Shown here: one piece after another, positions 43,123 to 54,577 of the stretch | Layout: each line of letters opens with the position of its first letter | Numbering within the stretch: the stretch's first letter is position 1 | Notes under the pieces: generated by a model | The model's input: only the letters and a program-made list of their open reading frames with translations | The model's database searches: none | What the model was told of the DNA's origin: nothing | NCBI GenBank assembly: GCA_964035575.1 | Contig: OZ037844.1 | Location: forward strand, 496,001 to 560,000 | Direction of reading: 5' to 3' | Length of the DNA: 64,000 nt | From: Rhynchopus sp. YZ270_cl-10 | Lineage: Eukaryota | Position numbers and translations under genes: made by a program

Positions 43123-45545
43123 AACAAGACACCTCTTTTGGATATAGACGCAGAAGAGAAAGGGGGATGTGTAATCAGTTTCCTATTGAGGTGTGTGGTG
43201 TGTCGTGTGTGGTGCGTGGGGATATATCTGATTGACCATTGCTGTCAATCCGTGAATTATTCAACACAAAAGTAACAAAGGGGAGGGAAACAGTCTTTTT
43301 ATTAACGTCAATAGCAATATCGACGAGAAAAACGCATGGTGGTTGAAAATCGGGGAGTTTGTGTGTGATGGGGATATATTAGAATGAAAAAGTGGTGGGA
43401 CACAGGAAAATACCGGTATGTGTTTTGAGGCACACCCACGTGTCTGCTGAGTGCTTACAGATTTTTCAAGAAATATAAATACTTTGGACAGGGGTTCTTA
43501 GTAGCGAGCCATCCCCTAATTAGATGGAGAGGAATAGCGCGAAAGGAGTGTAATGATGCAAAAAGCTTTTAATGGGTTATAGACAACAAAAGGTGTTGCC
43601 TCAGTGTTATGATACACAAACAAAAAGGGTTGAAGTGGGTCTTTGAGTGGGGTTAAATAGTAGGCAAGAGATGAGAGGGAGAACTGAACATACAATGTGT
43701 AAAGGTTATGACACTGGCCCGTCGCAGAGCCTGAGGACGAGGCTTCTGCTTCCAGTGTGTTAGGGGGTGTCGCTACTCACCTGTCCGAGGACAGCTGTCC
43801 TTATGAGTGCGTGTGGTGTAATGTACATGTGGTGTAGGGGATGGGAGGGGAAGGTGTGGGGTGGGGTGGGGTGTGGTGGGGGTTCAATCGCTTCCCGCAC
43901 GGTGACCATGCGCCCCAGTAATTTCATGATCGTACTTTCCATGTTTTTGTTCACACTTCCTTTCGTGGGCGAGGAGGAGATGATGTGACGCCATTCCTGG
44001 GCCATACCGTTCACCTCACACCGCTCTTTCCCTTTTGGGTTTCTTCACACACGTCTTTGCACCTTCGCACTCAATTGCAGAATCAATGGAAACAGCATAA
44101 TTCAGATAGTAATAGAACGACGTTGTTGCTCTTTCACCACTGATACGACCATTTCCCATGCACTCCAAAAAGCAAAGAATACTTCACAATTAACAACGTT
44201 CTGACACTTTCATCATCATGATTCATTCATGAACAATAACCGAGGTGTTACCTCAAGACTGCCACACATCTGAAGTAACAATAGAGATAAGGACAGTAAC
44301 AAAAGGGGGTTGGGGTTGGGCACAGACCCAATGCGCCACAAAGTTAAGAGGTGTGTGTAAAGCATTTATGCGGTGTAGGGGAGGGAGTATTAACAAGGGT
44401 GGGGTGGGGTGGATCACTAATCATCACACAGACACTGTCCTTCCACTACGTCGCTGCTGGAACTCCAGTTGTATCATTCTTGCGGAGGACTCTTTAGGAA
44501 CTTTGCTGACAAGCAATGCAAGACAAAGACTCAATATTATTTCATTGTTGAACGATCATCGCACTGCACTGCATCTCCATGAGGGAGGGGTTTCAAAGAA
44601 AACAAGTAATTGCTATCGGAAAAAAAACGGGGTGTGCTGTGGAACTCCATCCTGTAGAAATAATCTACAACACACCCAGCATTCTGCTCTTCTGCAGGCA
44701 TGCTAACGCTCTTCGTACGCTGCCAGACCCACTGGGACGCCAGCATCTGTAACGTTCAAGAAGGGGGGCTGTCCTCTTCGTCCAGCACCATCTGCTCGAT
44801 AGCGTTGTTGGACGCCCGCTCGGCAGGCTCGGCGTGGTCCAGCTCGTTTTTGTCCACAGGCTCCCCACATTGTCGTCGTCGTTGGAGCAGTGCGGAAGGA
44901 ACACAGAATGCACAGACTACAACACATCGATCACACCAGGCGCATCAGCACCTCCAGCAAATCGCCAGGATGCTACGGTGGTTTCGAAAATCACGCGGAG
45001 TTTTCCACAGCACACCCCGCTTTTTTCTTAGCAATTACTTGTCCTTGTTGTTATTGTTGTTTTCAACCACCTTCCTTCAACCCTTGTAGGATCAGTTGTT
45101 ATTTCTTTCGCGAAAACATGAAATTACACATTTCAAGAGAACAAATTAAAAAGGGTCCTTATTTGCATTTTTGGGCTCCGCCCGTGCAGTGGTGGGGTCA
45201 ATCTCGAAAATTGGACAATTTTTTGACCACTTAAATTTTGAGAAATATGAGCCCGGTTGCTTATACGTGGGGCCCATTTTCGGCTAAAATTTTCCTCAAA
45301 ATCTGGTTTTGTAAAATTGACCCATTACTCCCCCCCCACATCGATTTCAATACTATACCTTACTTCACCTACGGTTGTCCTTACAGGGGGGTGAAAGAAG
45401 GTAAGTTGACAATGATTCACATCAAGAGCCGCAGAGGCTGTGTTCCCATTGCGGTCACCTCAGATGTTTGTTGGTGTAAAGAAAAATGAAGAGTTTCTGA
45501 GGTGAACAATACGACCCTTGCTATTCCCGCTATTCCTCCGTGCTC

Positions 45546-47243
45546 TCACAGTCCTTTACTTTCATCTTTGCGTTGTGCCTTTTCCAGACTTTCGATCTCC
45601 TCCGCAAGCCGCTTACTCTTCTCTGCCAGCTTCGCGTTCTGCTCGCTGCACTGCCTCACTGTCTCCCTCATCTCAGCACATTCCGCTCTGAGCTCTGCCA
45701 TGCCGCCTTGCTGCGGCTGCTCCGAGACCGGCGCCGTCTGCTGTGTCGGCCCCAGCACCCCCTTCTGTGCCTCCAACATCTCCTTCTGCTGGTCCATAAC
45801 ACTCTTCATCATTTCCTGCAGTGCTTTCATTTCCTCCTTCATCGCATTGCCCTGCTCCGGTGCTGTTTTCAGTGCAGGGTTGCCCCACCTGTCTGTCTGC
45901 AAGCCCACAAGATAGCGCACAGTCTCGGTGTGCCCATTATCTCCTGCAAGGGAAAGACAGGTGTTACCTTCGTTGTCTGTGGCACTCACTTCCGCACCTG
46001 CTTTGACCAACATCTTCACAATTGCCATATTCCCGTCCTCGCTGGCCAAATGCAGAGGCGAACGGTCCATCTCTTCCTTCGCCTCGATGTCTGCCCCTGC
46101 ATCAATGAGCACCTCCACCACATCGACATGTCTGTTGTCCACAGCTCTGTGCAACGCTGTGAAGTCCTCATCACCTGCGTGATTCACGTCCACATCCTTC
46201 AAGCCCACAAGATAGCGCACAGTCTCCGTCTGCCCATTATCTGTAGCAAGGATAAGACACGTGTCACCTTCGTTGTCTGTGGTACTAACTTCCGCACCTG
46301 CTTTCACCAACATCTTCACAATTGCCAGATACCCGTTCTCGCTGGCCAAGTGCAGAGGCGAACGGTCCATCTCTTCCTTCGCCTCGATGTCTGCCCCTGC
46401 ATCAATGAGCACCTCCACCACATCGATCTCTCCTTCAACCACCGCACTGTGCACCGCAGTGAAGTCCAAATTATTTTTGTGATTCACGTCCACATCATTC
46501 AAGCCCACAAGATAGCGTACAGTCTCGGTGTGTCCAAAATAAGCTGCAATAGTAAGACACGTGTCACAGTTAGTGTCTGTGGCACTTACTTCTGCTCCTG
46601 CTTCGACCAACATCTTCACAATTGCCAGATACCCCTCACTGCTAGCCAAGTGCAGAGGCGAACGACCCAAGTAGTTCTTTGCGTCGACGTCTGCCCCTGC
46701 ATCAATGAGCACCTCGACCACATCGACATGTCCGTCGTCCACAGCTCTGTGCAACGCAGTGAAGTCCTCATCATCTGCGTGATTCACGTCCACATCCTCC
46801 AAGCCCACAAGATAGCGCACAGTCTCGGTGTGTCCAAATCGGGCCGCAAGGATAAGACACGTGTTACCTTGATTGTCTGTTGTACTCACTTCCGCACCTG
46901 CTTTGACCAACATCTTCACCTTTGCTATATTGCCATTCTCGCAAGCCACAAGCAGAGGCGAACGACCCATGTCGTTCTTTGCCTCGATGTCTGCCCCTGC
47001 ATCAACAAGCGCCTGCACCACATCACGATAGGTTTTCTTTGCTTCCCAGTGCAACGCAGTCATCCCATTCTCATCTGCGTGATTCACGTCCACCTCCGGC
47101 AAACCCGCAAGATTGCGCACAGCCTCGGTGTGTCCATGATGTGCTGCAGGCACTTCACTCGCCACATGTGTGGTGTTCCAGCGTCGACCGAACCGAATCA
47201 TCCTTCTGTCGCGCAAACATCTCACAGAAAAACCCTTCAACAT
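45546..47243 (-). CDS. Ankyrin-array copy C5, 565 aa
   Basis: Translation identical to C1. Confidence 0.9.
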   Translation of the reverse strand: MLKGFSVRCLRDRRMIRFGRRWNTTHVASEVPAAHHGHTEAVRNLAGLPEVDVNHADENGMTALHWEAKKTYRDVVQALVDAGADIEAKNDMGRSPLLVACENGNIAKVKMLVKAGAEVSTTDNQGNTCLILAARFGHTETVRYLVGLEDVDVNHADDEDFTALHRAVDDGHVDVVEVLIDAGADVDAKNYLGRSPLHLASSEGYLAIVKMLVEAGAEVSATDTNCDTCLTIAAYFGHTETVRYLVGLNDVDVNHKNNLDFTAVHSAVVEGEIDVVEVLIDAGADIEAKEEMDRSPLHLASENGYLAIVKMLVKAGAEVSTTDNEGDTCLILATDNGQTETVRYLVGLKDVDVNHAGDEDFTALHRAVDNRHVDVVEVLIDAGADIEAKEEMDRSPLHLASEDGNMAIVKMLVKAGAEVSATDNEGNTCLSLAGDNGHTETVRYLVGLQTDRWGNPALKTAPEQGNAMKEEMKALQEMMKSVMDQQKEMLEAQKGVLGPTQQTAPVSEQPQQGGMAELRAECAEMRETVRQCSEQNAKLAEKSKRLAEEIESLEKAQRKDESKGL

Positions 47244-49666
47244 AACAAGACACCTCTTTTGGATATAGACGCAGAAGAGAAAGGGGGATGTGTAATCAGT
47301 TTCCTATTGAGGTGTGTGGTGTGTCGTGTGTGGTGCGTGGGGATATATCTGATTGACCATTGCTGTCAATCCGTGAATTATTCAACACAAAAGTAACAAA
47401 GGGGAGGGAAACAGTCTTTTTATTAACGTCAATAGCAATATCGACGAGAAAAACGCATGGTGGTTGAAAATCGGGGAGTTTGTGTGTGATGGGGATATAT
47501 TAGAATGAAAAAGTGGTGGGACACAGGAAAATACCGGTATGTGTTTTGAGGCACACCCACGTGTCTGCTGAGTGCTTACAGATTTTTCAAGAAATATAAA
47601 TACTTTGGACAGGGGTTCTTAGTAGCGAGCCATCCCCTAATTAGATGGAGAGGAATAGCGCGAAAGGAGTGTAATGATGCAAAAAGCTTTTAATGGGTTA
47701 TAGACAACAAAAGGTGTTGCCTCAGTGTTATGATACACAAACAAAAAGGGTTGAAGTGGGTCTTTGAGTGGGGTTAAATAGTAGGCAAGAGATGAGAGGG
47801 AGAACTGAACATACAATGTGTAAAGGTTATGACACTGGCCCGTCGCAGAGCCTGAGGACGAGGCTTCTGCTTCCAGTGTGTTAGGGGGTGTCGCTACTCA
47901 CCTGTCCGAGGACAGCTGTCCTTATGAGTGCGTGTGGTGTAATGTACATGTGGTGTAGGGGATGGGAGGGGAAGGTGTGGGGTGGGGTGGGGTGTGGTGG
48001 GGGTTCAATCGCTTCCCGCACGGTGACCATGCGCCCCAGTAATTTCATGATCGTACTTTCCATGTTTTTGTTCACACTTCCTTTCGTGGGCGAGGAGGAG
48101 ATGATGTGACGCCATTCCTGGGCCATACCGTTCACCTCACACCGCTCTTTCCCTTTTGGGTTTCTTCACACACGTCTTTGCACCTTCGCACTCAATTGCA
48201 GAATCAATGGAAACAGCATAATTCAGATAGTAATAGAACGACGTTGTTGCTCTTTCACCACTGATACGACCATTTCCCATGCACTCCAAAAAGCAAAGAA
48301 TACTTCACAATTAACAACGTTCTGACACTTTCATCATCATGATTCATTCATGAACAATAACCGAGGTGTTACCTCAAGACTGCCACACATCTGAAGTAAC
48401 AATAGAGATAAGGACAGTAACAAAAGGGGGTTGGGGTTGGGCACAGACCCAATGCGCCACAAAGTTAAGAGGTGTGTGTAAAGCATTTATGCGGTGTAGG
48501 GGAGGGAGTATTAACAAGGGTGGGGTGGGGTGGATCACTAATCATCACACAGACACTGTCCTTCCACTACGTCGCTGCTGGAACTCCAGTTGTATCATTC
48601 TTGCGGAGGACTCTTTAGGAACTTTGCTGACAAGCAATGCAAGACAAAGACTCAATATTATTTCATTGTTGAACGATCATCGCACTGCACTGCATCTCCA
48701 TGAGGGAGGGGTTTCAAAGAAAACAAGTAATTGCTATCGGAAAAAAAACGGGGTGTGCTGTGGAACTCCATCCTGTAGAAATAATCTACAACACACCCAG
48801 CATTCTGCTCTTCTGCAGGCATGCTAACGCTCTTCGTACGCTGCCAGACCCACTGGGACGCCAGCATCTGTAACGTTCAAGAAGGGGGGCTGTCCTCTTC
48901 GTCCAGCACCATCTGCTCGATAGCGTTGTTGGACGCCCGCTCGGCAGGCTCGGCGTGGTCCAGCTCGTTTTTGTCCACAGGCTCCCCACATTGTCGTCGT
49001 CGTTGGAGCAGTGCGGAAGGAACACAGAATGCACAGACTACAACACATCGATCACACCAGGCGCATCAGCACCTCCAGCAAATCGCCAGGATGCTACGGT
49101 GGTTTCGAAAATCACGCGGAGTTTTCCACAGCACACCCCGCTTTTTTCTTAGCAATTACTTGTCCTTGTTGTTATTGTTGTTTTCAACCACCTTCCTTCA
49201 ACCCTTGTAGGATCAGTTGTTATTTCTTTCGCGAAAACATGAAATTACACATTTCAAGAGAACAAATTAAAAAGGGTCCTTATTTGCATTTTTGGGCTCC
49301 GCCCGTGCAGTGGTGGGGTCAATCTCGAAAATTGGACAATTTTTTGACCACTTAAATTTTGAGAAATATGAGCCCGGTTGCTTATACGTGGGGCCCATTT
49401 TCGGCTAAAATTTTCCTCAAAATCTGGTTTTGTAAAATTGACCCATTACTCCCCCCCCACATCGATTTCAATACTATACCTTACTTCACCTACGGTTGTC
49501 CTTACAGGGGGGTGAAAGAAGGTAAGTTGACAATGATTCACATCAAGAGCCGCAGAGGCTGTGTTCCCATTGCGGTCACCTCAGATGTTTGTTGGTGTAA
49601 AGAAAAATGAAGAGTTTCTGAGGTGAACAATACGACCCTTGCTATTCCCGCTATTCCTCCGTGCTC

Positions 49667-51364
49667 TCACAGTCCTTTACTTTCATCTTTGCGTTGTGCC
49701 TTTTCCAGACTTTCGATCTCCTCCGCAAGCCGCTTACTCTTCTCTGCCAGCTTCGCGTTCTGCTCGCTGCACTGCCTCACTGTCTCCCTCATCTCAGCAC
49801 ATTCCGCTCTGAGCTCTGCCATGCCGCCTTGCTGCGGCTGCTCCGAGACCGGCGCCGTCTGCTGTGTCGGCCCCAGCACCCCCTTCTGTGCCTCCAACAT
49901 CTCCTTCTGCTGGTCCATAACACTCTTCATCATTTCCTGCAGTGCTTTCATTTCCTCCTTCATCGCATTGCCCTGCTCCGGTGCTGTTTTCAGTGCAGGG
50001 TTGCCCCACCTGTCTGTCTGCAAGCCCACAAGATAGCGCACAGTCTCGGTGTGCCCATTATCTCCTGCAAGGGAAAGACAGGTGTTACCTTCGTTGTCTG
50101 TGGCACTCACTTCCGCACCTGCTTTGACCAACATCTTCACAATTGCCATATTCCCGTCCTCGCTGGCCAAATGCAGAGGCGAACGGTCCATCTCTTCCTT
50201 CGCCTCGATGTCTGCCCCTGCATCAATGAGCACCTCCACCACATCGACATGTCTGTTGTCCACAGCTCTGTGCAACGCTGTGAAGTCCTCATCACCTGCG
50301 TGATTCACGTCCACATCCTTCAAGCCCACAAGATAGCGCACAGTCTCCGTCTGCCCATTATCTGTAGCAAGGATAAGACACGTGTCACCTTCGTTGTCTG
50401 TGGTACTAACTTCCGCACCTGCTTTCACCAACATCTTCACAATTGCCAGATACCCGTTCTCGCTGGCCAAGTGCAGAGGCGAACGGTCCATCTCTTCCTT
50501 CGCCTCGATGTCTGCCCCTGCATCAATGAGCACCTCCACCACATCGATCTCTCCTTCAACCACCGCACTGTGCACCGCAGTGAAGTCCAAATTATTTTTG
50601 TGATTCACGTCCACATCATTCAAGCCCACAAGATAGCGTACAGTCTCGGTGTGTCCAAAATAAGCTGCAATAGTAAGACACGTGTCACAGTTAGTGTCTG
50701 TGGCACTTACTTCTGCTCCTGCTTCGACCAACATCTTCACAATTGCCAGATACCCCTCACTGCTAGCCAAGTGCAGAGGCGAACGACCCAAGTAGTTCTT
50801 TGCGTCGACGTCTGCCCCTGCATCAATGAGCACCTCGACCACATCGACATGTCCGTCGTCCACAGCTCTGTGCAACGCAGTGAAGTCCTCATCATCTGCG
50901 TGATTCACGTCCACATCCTCCAAGCCCACAAGATAGCGCACAGTCTCGGTGTGTCCAAATCGGGCCGCAAGGATAAGACACGTGTTACCTTGATTGTCTG
51001 TTGTACTCACTTCCGCACCTGCTTTGACCAACATCTTCACCTTTGCTATATTGCCATTCTCGCAAGCCACAAGCAGAGGCGAACGACCCATGTCGTTCTT
51101 TGCCTCGATGTCTGCCCCTGCATCAACAAGCGCCTGCACCACATCACGATAGGTTTTCTTTGCTTCCCAGTGCAACGCAGTCATCCCATTCTCATCTGCG
51201 TGATTCACGTCCACCTCCGGCAAACCCGCAAGATTGCGCACAGCCTCGGTGTGTCCATGATGTGCTGCAGGCACTTCACTCGCCACATGTGTGGTGTTCC
51301 AGCGTCGACCGAACCGAATCATCCTTCTGTCGCGCAAACATCTCACAGAAAAACCCTTCAACAT
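49667..51364 (-). CDS. Ankyrin-array copy C6, 565 aa
   Basis: Translation identical to C1; the 5' flank diverges from the array after ~51484. Confidence 0.9.
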   Translation of the reverse strand: MLKGFSVRCLRDRRMIRFGRRWNTTHVASEVPAAHHGHTEAVRNLAGLPEVDVNHADENGMTALHWEAKKTYRDVVQALVDAGADIEAKNDMGRSPLLVACENGNIAKVKMLVKAGAEVSTTDNQGNTCLILAARFGHTETVRYLVGLEDVDVNHADDEDFTALHRAVDDGHVDVVEVLIDAGADVDAKNYLGRSPLHLASSEGYLAIVKMLVEAGAEVSATDTNCDTCLTIAAYFGHTETVRYLVGLNDVDVNHKNNLDFTAVHSAVVEGEIDVVEVLIDAGADIEAKEEMDRSPLHLASENGYLAIVKMLVKAGAEVSTTDNEGDTCLILATDNGQTETVRYLVGLKDVDVNHAGDEDFTALHRAVDNRHVDVVEVLIDAGADIEAKEEMDRSPLHLASEDGNMAIVKMLVKAGAEVSATDNEGNTCLSLAGDNGHTETVRYLVGLQTDRWGNPALKTAPEQGNAMKEEMKALQEMMKSVMDQQKEMLEAQKGVLGPTQQTAPVSEQPQQGGMAELRAECAEMRETVRQCSEQNAKLAEKSKRLAEEIESLEKAQRKDESKGL

Positions 51365-52089
51365 AACAAGACACCTCTTTTGGATATAGACGCAGAAGAG
51401 AAAGGGTGGGGATGTGTAATCAGTTTCCTATTGAGGTGTGTGGTGTGTCGTGTATGGTGCGTGGGGATATATCTGATTGAGCATGGAGAGAAGGGTGTGC
51501 CAACGCAAAAGTCATCAAACATTTGTGGGCAAATCGCGAAAGCACGTACAAAACAGTACACCCGAGTGTGACAAGGCAGAGTTAACCTCCTTGGTCTGAC
51601 CCCAAAGAATGCTTCAATAAATCGGTTTTGAAGACCCCAGGCTGAAGTCACTCCTTCCTCGAAGAGAATTATCCGTTATTATAAAAACCGAAACGGGGGG
51701 GAAAGACGGGGAGGGGAGAAGCAACATTGGTGTACACTCGATCTGTGCGTTCTACACACTAACCAAGATATGGGATAAAACCTACTCGCAGGCGCTACCT
51801 TTACAAAGTAAGCAGAAGAAAACAAAACATGAACACAGTCCGCTGCATCTAAATAGCCCAACGCCAGAGAGAGAAAAAGAGAAAGACAGAATTGCACAAA
51901 ACTTTACCCCTCAATGAAGGAACCTACTCACAGGGTGCCATTACCATCGTTGATAGAGCACAGGTCTTGACGTAAGATGTTTGACCCACAGCCAGAAAAA
52001 TTGTCCTTTAATACAAAAGCCCTCTCTCTGTTGTCAGTATACCTTTAGTGCATGACCCATCCCACCCCCTATGACCAGGGGGGCTATGT

Positions 52090-52465
52090 CGTTCCCTCCG
52101 TAGGGGGATTTGAAAGTACGCTCTCTTCAATACCAGAGAGGGTAGCGTACAGACAGCACACCTCACCCACAGAGTGTGGCGGTGGCAATAGTGGACAAAC
52201 TGGCCTGGTGTTTTCTTATAGCTGTTTTCCAGTACCAAATTCCTTTTGTTAGAATGATATCAGTCCTCCGTAGGGGGGAGTAGCGAGCCATCCCCTAATT
52301 ATGTGTGAGTGTAATGATGCAAAAAGCTTTTAATGGGTTATAGACAAAAGGTGTTGCCTCAGTGTAATGATACACAAATAAAGCCCGGTACCCCTTGGCG
52401 GAAACCCTGTGTTTTTCATACCAATTTCCTGTTGTTAGAATGATATCAGTCCTCTGTAGGGGGGT
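52090..52465. repeat. Degenerate direct repeats enclosing a fragment of the ankyrin-array spacer
   Basis: TTGTTAGAATGATATCAGTCCTC(C/T)GTAGGGGG at ~52246 and ~52432, and CCTCCGTAGGGGG at ~52094. 52280-52378 matches spacer sequence GTAGCGAGCCATCCCCTAATTA...GAGTGTAATGATGCAAAAAGCTTTTAATGGGTTATAGAC. Confidence 0.7.
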
Positions 52466-53267
52466 TTGAATGGGTTTTTATGAAGTTTTTGTTATGTTTG
52501 ATTTGCGCTCTTGATTTTTCTCCGTAAGGGGGTGAGAGTCAAAGACCCCTTTTAGGTCCCCCTTTTTAATAAGTCCCCGGAGACTCCACTGTCCCAAATC
52601 CTGGAAAAAGCCCTAGAAAAAAGAGAGAGAAGAAAAAAGACCAAAATATAGATTTCAAAAAAAAAGACTGTCCTTTTTGTTTTGTAAAAAAAAAGAAGGT
52701 ACAGTAGAACCTCGCTGTCGACCTCACAATCTGAGTTAGTATGAAAAAAAAAACGTGAATTGAATGTGAATGTGGCTCTCGTGCACACAAAATAACACCC
52801 CCCCAAAAAAAAAGGGAACACAACACAACACAACTGTTGTCAACACAGCCAGAACTAAAGGGAGATTAAAGTCGTCTCTCCTTTTGCAGCTGTGTGGCCG
52901 GGCAACAATAACACATGAACACAAAAAAAAGGAACACACACACACATGGGGACATATTCTGTGTCAAAGAAATACCCCTACTAGTTATCAAACACACACA
53001 AAACATAAAGACACAATGACAAGAATGACACCTACAACTACATCTACAAAGCAAAGGAGACACCGACAAGAATGTCGCATCTTCCCTCCTCCTGTCCCCT
53101 CCCCCTAAACCCCTACACGGCGGACTGATCATGGCCAGTGTTCTGGTCAGTACGAACTTAGGTTCTACGTGCTAGAGATGCAAAACCTTTGTAGGTACTT
53201 GGTCAGATCATAGTACTGGAGCAGTACTTTTGCCGTTGATTAGTCCACCGTGACATAATGTGTAAAT

Positions 53268-54327
53268 CTAAGGAATCCGCGGGGCTGCCTTCAGCCTGGG
53301 TGCTATAAGCGACGGTCTTGCCCACTTCTCCCTTGCCAGCACAAAGGACAGACATAGGGACAGCAAATCTGTGTTTGTGAAGCCGAACTTCCGCACCCAG
53401 GCGCGCGCGAACACCGCACACTCCCTTGCAGCACAGAGCCACTCCAGCGAAAGTAGGTAATTAATATCATCCGCCGAGCGTGTTACTTGCGACATTGTGC
53501 CCGGACGTCTGTCGCGCACCAGCTCAATTGCCTCAGACACCACCTTCCGCTCAGCCACCACAAGGTACGCCGCAAGCACAGCCCCAGCGGAGGACACACT
53601 AGGCGCACTCACCACAGCGCTCTGCCCCCGACTGTTCACATCTGCGATGAACTCCACACACCGCGCGACGTCCTCGCGGCTCGCCGCCGTGTCTGCCGTC
53701 GGCACCCGGAGCACGCTCAGACCATCGTAGCGTGCATCCTGCACCACGCCCTCCTCCCTCCCAAGCAGCACCGCTCCACCCACACCCTTGGAGAGAAGCG
53801 ACCGTACTGAGGGCGACACGTGCCCAGGAGTGGACGGGTCCAGCTCCGCACAGCACGCAAGACGGCCTGTGTGGAGGTTTAAAAAAAATATGGGGGCAGA
53901 TGGGTGGTGGTCGGAACCAGAGAAAAGTAACGGGGAATTCGGGGGTGTGGAGTTCCCCCTAGTAGAAAGTACGGGAGGCTGATTACAATTACACAAAGAA
54001 GGAAAGGTTTTGTATCATTTGGCATGTACCACTGCCATGAACCCACCCTTCTTAAGATCCATCCACGCTTAGTAAGAACACTGCCTTCTGCCTTCTGCCA
54101 TTCAGTCATTCAATCGACTGGCATTCTTGTGGATTAATTCCTTTGCAGAACAACTATGACCACACATCGCTGGGAACAAGAAGAACAAGAAGAACAAGAA
54201 AAAGAAGAAGGAAGGCAGGCGACATACCCTCAACAATGAACGTGAACAGTGGCGGGCAGCCCCCCTCGCCCCAGCTGTGGATGGAGCGGAGGGACATGGT
54301 CGGACAGTTCCTCCGTCTGCGCCTCAT
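53268..54327 (-). CDS. DUSP23-like dual-specificity phosphatase fold, probably inactive; 2 exons (54327 or 54297 to 54228; 53866 to ~53268), 3' end uncertain
   Basis: Phase-1 intron GTATGT(54227)...CACACAG(53867) joins PPLFTFIVEG/RLACCAELD, resembling the DUSP23 N-terminus. Then CVEFIADVNSRGQSAVV...GAVLAAYLV...EAIELVRDRRPG. The HCx5R motif is replaced by SAPSVSS. Confidence 0.75.
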
Positions 54328-54577
54328 GATGAGAAGAGAGGTGGTAGAGAGAGGTGGGCTGTGTTGTGTAGGCTGTTGTATGTAGTTGTACATTAGCTTT
54401 TTAAAAATCAATCTTTTTGGGCAAGTGGAAAATTATATTGGCAAAACAAAACAAAATGTTCCTTTCTTTTTACGGCAACTCACGACAAAAAAAAAATAAC
54501 AACAATCATTTTTTTTTTCTTCTTTCCACCCTATATTCCCCACCCTAGCGTTTTGCAGAACAAAGCACTTCTTTCAC

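Larger units (their letters stand above)
26330..51400. repeat. Tandem array of 4121-bp units (~6 units), each carrying one 565-aa ankyrin gene
   Basis: All ORFs recur with identical translations at exact 4121-bp offsets (e.g. 29062, 33183, 37304, 41425, 45546, 49667). Related diverged units extend left to ~17915. Confidence 0.95.
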
